Source of the DNA: a virus
DNA: 64,000 bases
Virus record (IMG/VR): IMGVR_UViG_3300032516_000004
Span: 64,001 to 128,000 of that record
Direction: 5' to 3' (one strand)
Part shown: one piece after another, positions 61,287-64,000 of the stretch
Numbering within the stretch: the first letter of the stretch is position 1
Layout: the number at the start of each line of letters is the position of its first letter
Position numbers and translations under genes: made by a program
Notes under the pieces: model-generated
What the model was told of the DNA's origin: nothing
What the model saw: the letters and a program-made list of their open reading frames with translations, nothing else
The model's database searches: none

Positions 61287-63587
61287 GTGCAGCAAATGAG
61301 TGTGTCCGTGTCTGATGTAACGCTCAACATGATGAAGAAGAGGATTTTATTCAAAAAGGAAAATGGTGAACATGAAACACCATTAGATGCGTATAAAAGA
61401 GTCGCCAAATTTGTCGCTACCGGTCATCGAGTATTTACTGACGATAAAGAAGCAAAGAAATTTGAAGAGAAGACGATAGAAATGATGGGTGAGGGTAAAT
61501 TCATGCCCAACACACCCATCATAGTTAATGCTGGTTTCTCGAACGCTCAGTGCTCGGCATGTTTTATTTTGCCAACTGAAGACACATTACAGTCTATTTA
61601 TCAGACCCACTACAATCAGGGGGTAATTCAAGCGAGTGGTGGGGGTACAGGTATTTATTTGGGTAATATTCGATCTGCTGGAACCAAGGCATCACATGAT
61701 AGATTCGTCACCAAGGGACCGATTAGCTGGCTTAAGATGTTCAATGAGAATGCTAGCCATGTTGTGCAGGGAATGCGTGACGGTGCCAACATGGCAATGC
61801 TTAATATTGGACATCCAGACATAGTTGACTTTATTACATGTAAAAATTCTGGATACAAATTAATAGATGAGGAATTGGCTGAGCAATTTGAAGTTTCACT
61901 AGAAGAAGCAAAACGTATTAAGTCGATAATTGGTATTGAGAAATTTAATACCTCAGTATCTATTACAGACAAATTTATGAACGCAGTGGAGAATGATGAG
62001 GATTGGTATTTAGTAGATCCACACACCAAGAAGCGTGTGAAAAATATCAAAGCTAAAGAATTATGGGACCTTATTGTTAAGAATGCGCATCAACATGGTG
62101 AACCTGGAGTATTTTTTGTTGACACGGCTAATCGGTACAATATGTTATCTAATATAGCCAAGATGGAATGTACTAACCCTTGCGGTGAGATCAGTGGTAT
62201 TCCTAACACATCATGCACCCTAGGCCATGTAAATCTTAGCAAGTTTGTGATTGAGAATAACGTGGCATCAAAAATCAATTGGGATGGTCTTGAAGACGCG
62301 GTTCGATTTGGCACTCAATTCTTGGATGATGTGGTAGAAGTTAATCACCTACCAACTCCACAATTGGTTGAAATGAATAAGAATTCACGGCAAATTGGGC
62401 TGGGAATCATGGGGTGGGCTGACACGCTAATTAAACTTAGCACGGCATATGATTCTGACCTTGCTATAGCTAAAGCTAATGAGATTGGAAAATTTATAGA
62501 TGGGATATCTATGGATGAATGTCAACGATTAGGTAAGGACCGTGGTAACTATCCATATTTTGATGGTTCCCCAATGCAAAAGTCAGGCGTTAAACATATG
62601 CGGTGTGCTAATCGTACCACGATTGCGCCCACGGGTCAGACATCTATGTACGTTGGGTGCTCGTCGGGCATCGAGCCCATTATGTTTCCAATTATGAGGA
62701 GAGAACAAGCTGGAATGGTGCAAGTTGATTACCATCCGATCCTCATGCAGACTCTTAAAGATCGTGGTCTTGATACTCAGGAGATTAAAGATAAACTTGG
62801 TATTTTGGGGTCAGTTAGGAAGGCAGAATTCTTGCCTGAGGACATTAGGAATCTGTTCCCATCAGCTCATGATATTGATTACACGTGGCATGTCAAACAC
62901 CAGGCCACTTGGCAGCGACATATTACTTCGGCGGTATCGAAGACCATTAATTTACCGAAAGATGCTCCAGTCGATGATGTGTCGAACGCATATTTGCTGG
63001 CGTTTAAGAGTGGGTGTAAGGGGATCACCGTTTATCGAGATGGATCCAGAACCGGTCAACCACTATCTTCTATGAAAGAGACCAAGAAGCTCGTTAAATC
63101 AAAGAATAAGCGTAGTGAAGTAACACATGGTACTAATCGGAAGATCCCCTGTGGGTGTGGTAATATCATGGCCTTCATAGGCGGTCAAGATGGTAAAGTT
63201 GAAGAGATAATTGCCCGTTTGGGTCGTGGTGGGTCATGTAGTTCCGCTCAAGTTGAGGCAATTAGTAGAATGGCCTCAATAGCAATGCAACACGGCGCAA
63301 ATCCAGAATATGTTGCTAAACAGCTTGGCTCTATAAGATGTCATTTAAATGTTCTTTACAAGTCTAAATATACAGGAGATCGACCACGCACAATCACCTC
63401 ATGCAGTGACGCCATGTCGGTTGCTTTATCAGAGCACATGCTGAATGGTACCGGTAATAAATTAGAAAAAGTTGACGCCATGGCCTATCATGCAGGCGCG
63501 TGTCCAGATTGTGGTGGGCAAGTTGCTTATGAAGAAGGCTGCATTAAATGTTATTCACCATCCTGTGGATATTCTAGATGTGGATGA
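61287..63587 (+). CDS. nrdJ: Class II (adenosylcobalamin-dependent) ribonucleotide reductase with C-terminal TSCPD/Zn-ribbon region
   Basis: FMPNTP, CSACF, GGGTG, TNPCGE, GLGIMGWAD, TIAPTG, AVSKTINLP, GCKGITVYRDGSR, TSCSD, CPDCG...EGC...CGYSRC; AGGAG RBS before GTG. Confidence 0.9.
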   Translation: MQQMSVSVSDVTLNMMKKRILFKKENGEHETPLDAYKRVAKFVATGHRVFTDDKEAKKFEEKTIEMMGEGKFMPNTPIIVNAGFSNAQCSACFILPTEDTLQSIYQTHYNQGVIQASGGGTGIYLGNIRSAGTKASHDRFVTKGPISWLKMFNENASHVVQGMRDGANMAMLNIGHPDIVDFITCKNSGYKLIDEELAEQFEVSLEEAKRIKSIIGIEKFNTSVSITDKFMNAVENDEDWYLVDPHTKKRVKNIKAKELWDLIVKNAHQHGEPGVFFVDTANRYNMLSNIAKMECTNPCGEISGIPNTSCTLGHVNLSKFVIENNVASKINWDGLEDAVRFGTQFLDDVVEVNHLPTPQLVEMNKNSRQIGLGIMGWADTLIKLSTAYDSDLAIAKANEIGKFIDGISMDECQRLGKDRGNYPYFDGSPMQKSGVKHMRCANRTTIAPTGQTSMYVGCSSGIEPIMFPIMRREQAGMVQVDYHPILMQTLKDRGLDTQEIKDKLGILGSVRKAEFLPEDIRNLFPSAHDIDYTWHVKHQATWQRHITSAVSKTINLPKDAPVDDVSNAYLLAFKSGCKGITVYRDGSRTGQPLSSMKETKKLVKSKNKRSEVTHGTNRKIPCGCGNIMAFIGGQDGKVEEIIARLGRGGSCSSAQVEAISRMASIAMQHGANPEYVAKQLGSIRCHLNVLYKSKYTGDRPRTITSCSDAMSVALSEHMLNGTGNKLEKVDAMAYHAGACPDCGGQVAYEEGCIKCYSPSCGYSRCG

Positions 63588-63668
63588 AATATGTGTAAAT
63601 GTATTAATGTATCGAAAAGTATACGCCAACATTGACGAATATAGCCATAATATATTATAATTGTTTAT

Positions 63669-64000
63669 ATGATAATGAAATGTCGTGAATGTGGTATAGA
63701 ATTTGTGGCCAATCCAATATTAAAGGGGAAACGGCGTAAACGTAAAGCATATTGTTTTAAATGCCTACCTTTACACGCAACTAGACAGGACCAATTAAAA
63801 ATAGCCAGTTTTTGTGGGAGACATTTAAATCCGATAGTTAGATGTATTATATGTAATAAGGATTTTTTAAGATCAACCAAAATTAGTAATAAAATGGTTC
63901 GTAGAATCAGATATTGTCTAAAGTGTGTTCCGGCCAATTTAAGTAATAACGATAAATATGATTTAACCATTAAATACCTACCACAATTAAACAATGAAAC
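63669..64000 (+). CDS. Zn-finger repeat protein truncated by the window edge (possible endonuclease N-terminus)
   Basis: Frame open to the end of the window: MIMKCRECG...YCFKCLP...RCIICNK...YCLKCVP. Confidence 0.6.
   Translation, partial: MIMKCRECGIEFVANPILKGKRRKRKAYCFKCLPLHATRQDQLKIASFCGRHLNPIVRCIICNKDFLRSTKISNKMVRRIRYCLKCVPANLSNNDKYDLTIKYLPQLNNE

Noticed and set aside
61287-63587. Intein or intron in nrdJ (also checked in MCP and sheath)
   Set aside because: Catalytic motifs are contiguous and lengths are normal; no intein C/HN termini seen.
63665-63994. 109-aa minus-strand ORF at the window end
   Set aside because: Shadow of the + strand Zn-finger frame, which has the meaningful motifs.

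Overview
The window is a 64-kb segment of a large, AT-rich myovirus-type (contractile-tailed) bacteriophage genome in the standard genetic code. 1-31.5 kb is a + strand virion operon: membrane/lysis-like genes, neck proteins, an HNH endonuclease, tail sheath, three tail-tube paralogues, a frameshifted tail chaperone, tape measure, baseplate, fibres and an amidase. 31.6-35.8 kb holds regulatory/unknown genes, including a sigma-70-like factor with a Zn ribbon. 35.9-48 kb is a surface-fibre module: a ~400-triplet Gly-X-Thr collagen-like protein, a GC-shifted fibre cassette, a GT4-GT2-TPR glycosyltransferase and a SAM methyltransferase. 48-53 kb is the head module (prohead protease/scaffold, decoration protein, major capsid). 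After it come a DUF559-nuclease/Mom-like acetyltransferase fusion, a mostly - strand block of small accessory genes (NADAR, phosphoesterase, HNH) and a class II ribonucleotide reductase. The best novelty candidate is at the window start: a densely base-paired ~170-nt region directly upstream of an ORF that begins with an IscB-type PLMP (RRXRR) domain fused, without any nuclease domain, to a phage protein. This looks like an OMEGA-derived RNA/RNA-binding-domain pair that was either domesticated or left as a remnant. All family assignments are by motif recognition; no searches were run, and several start codons were refined by eye from RBS and overlap evidence.
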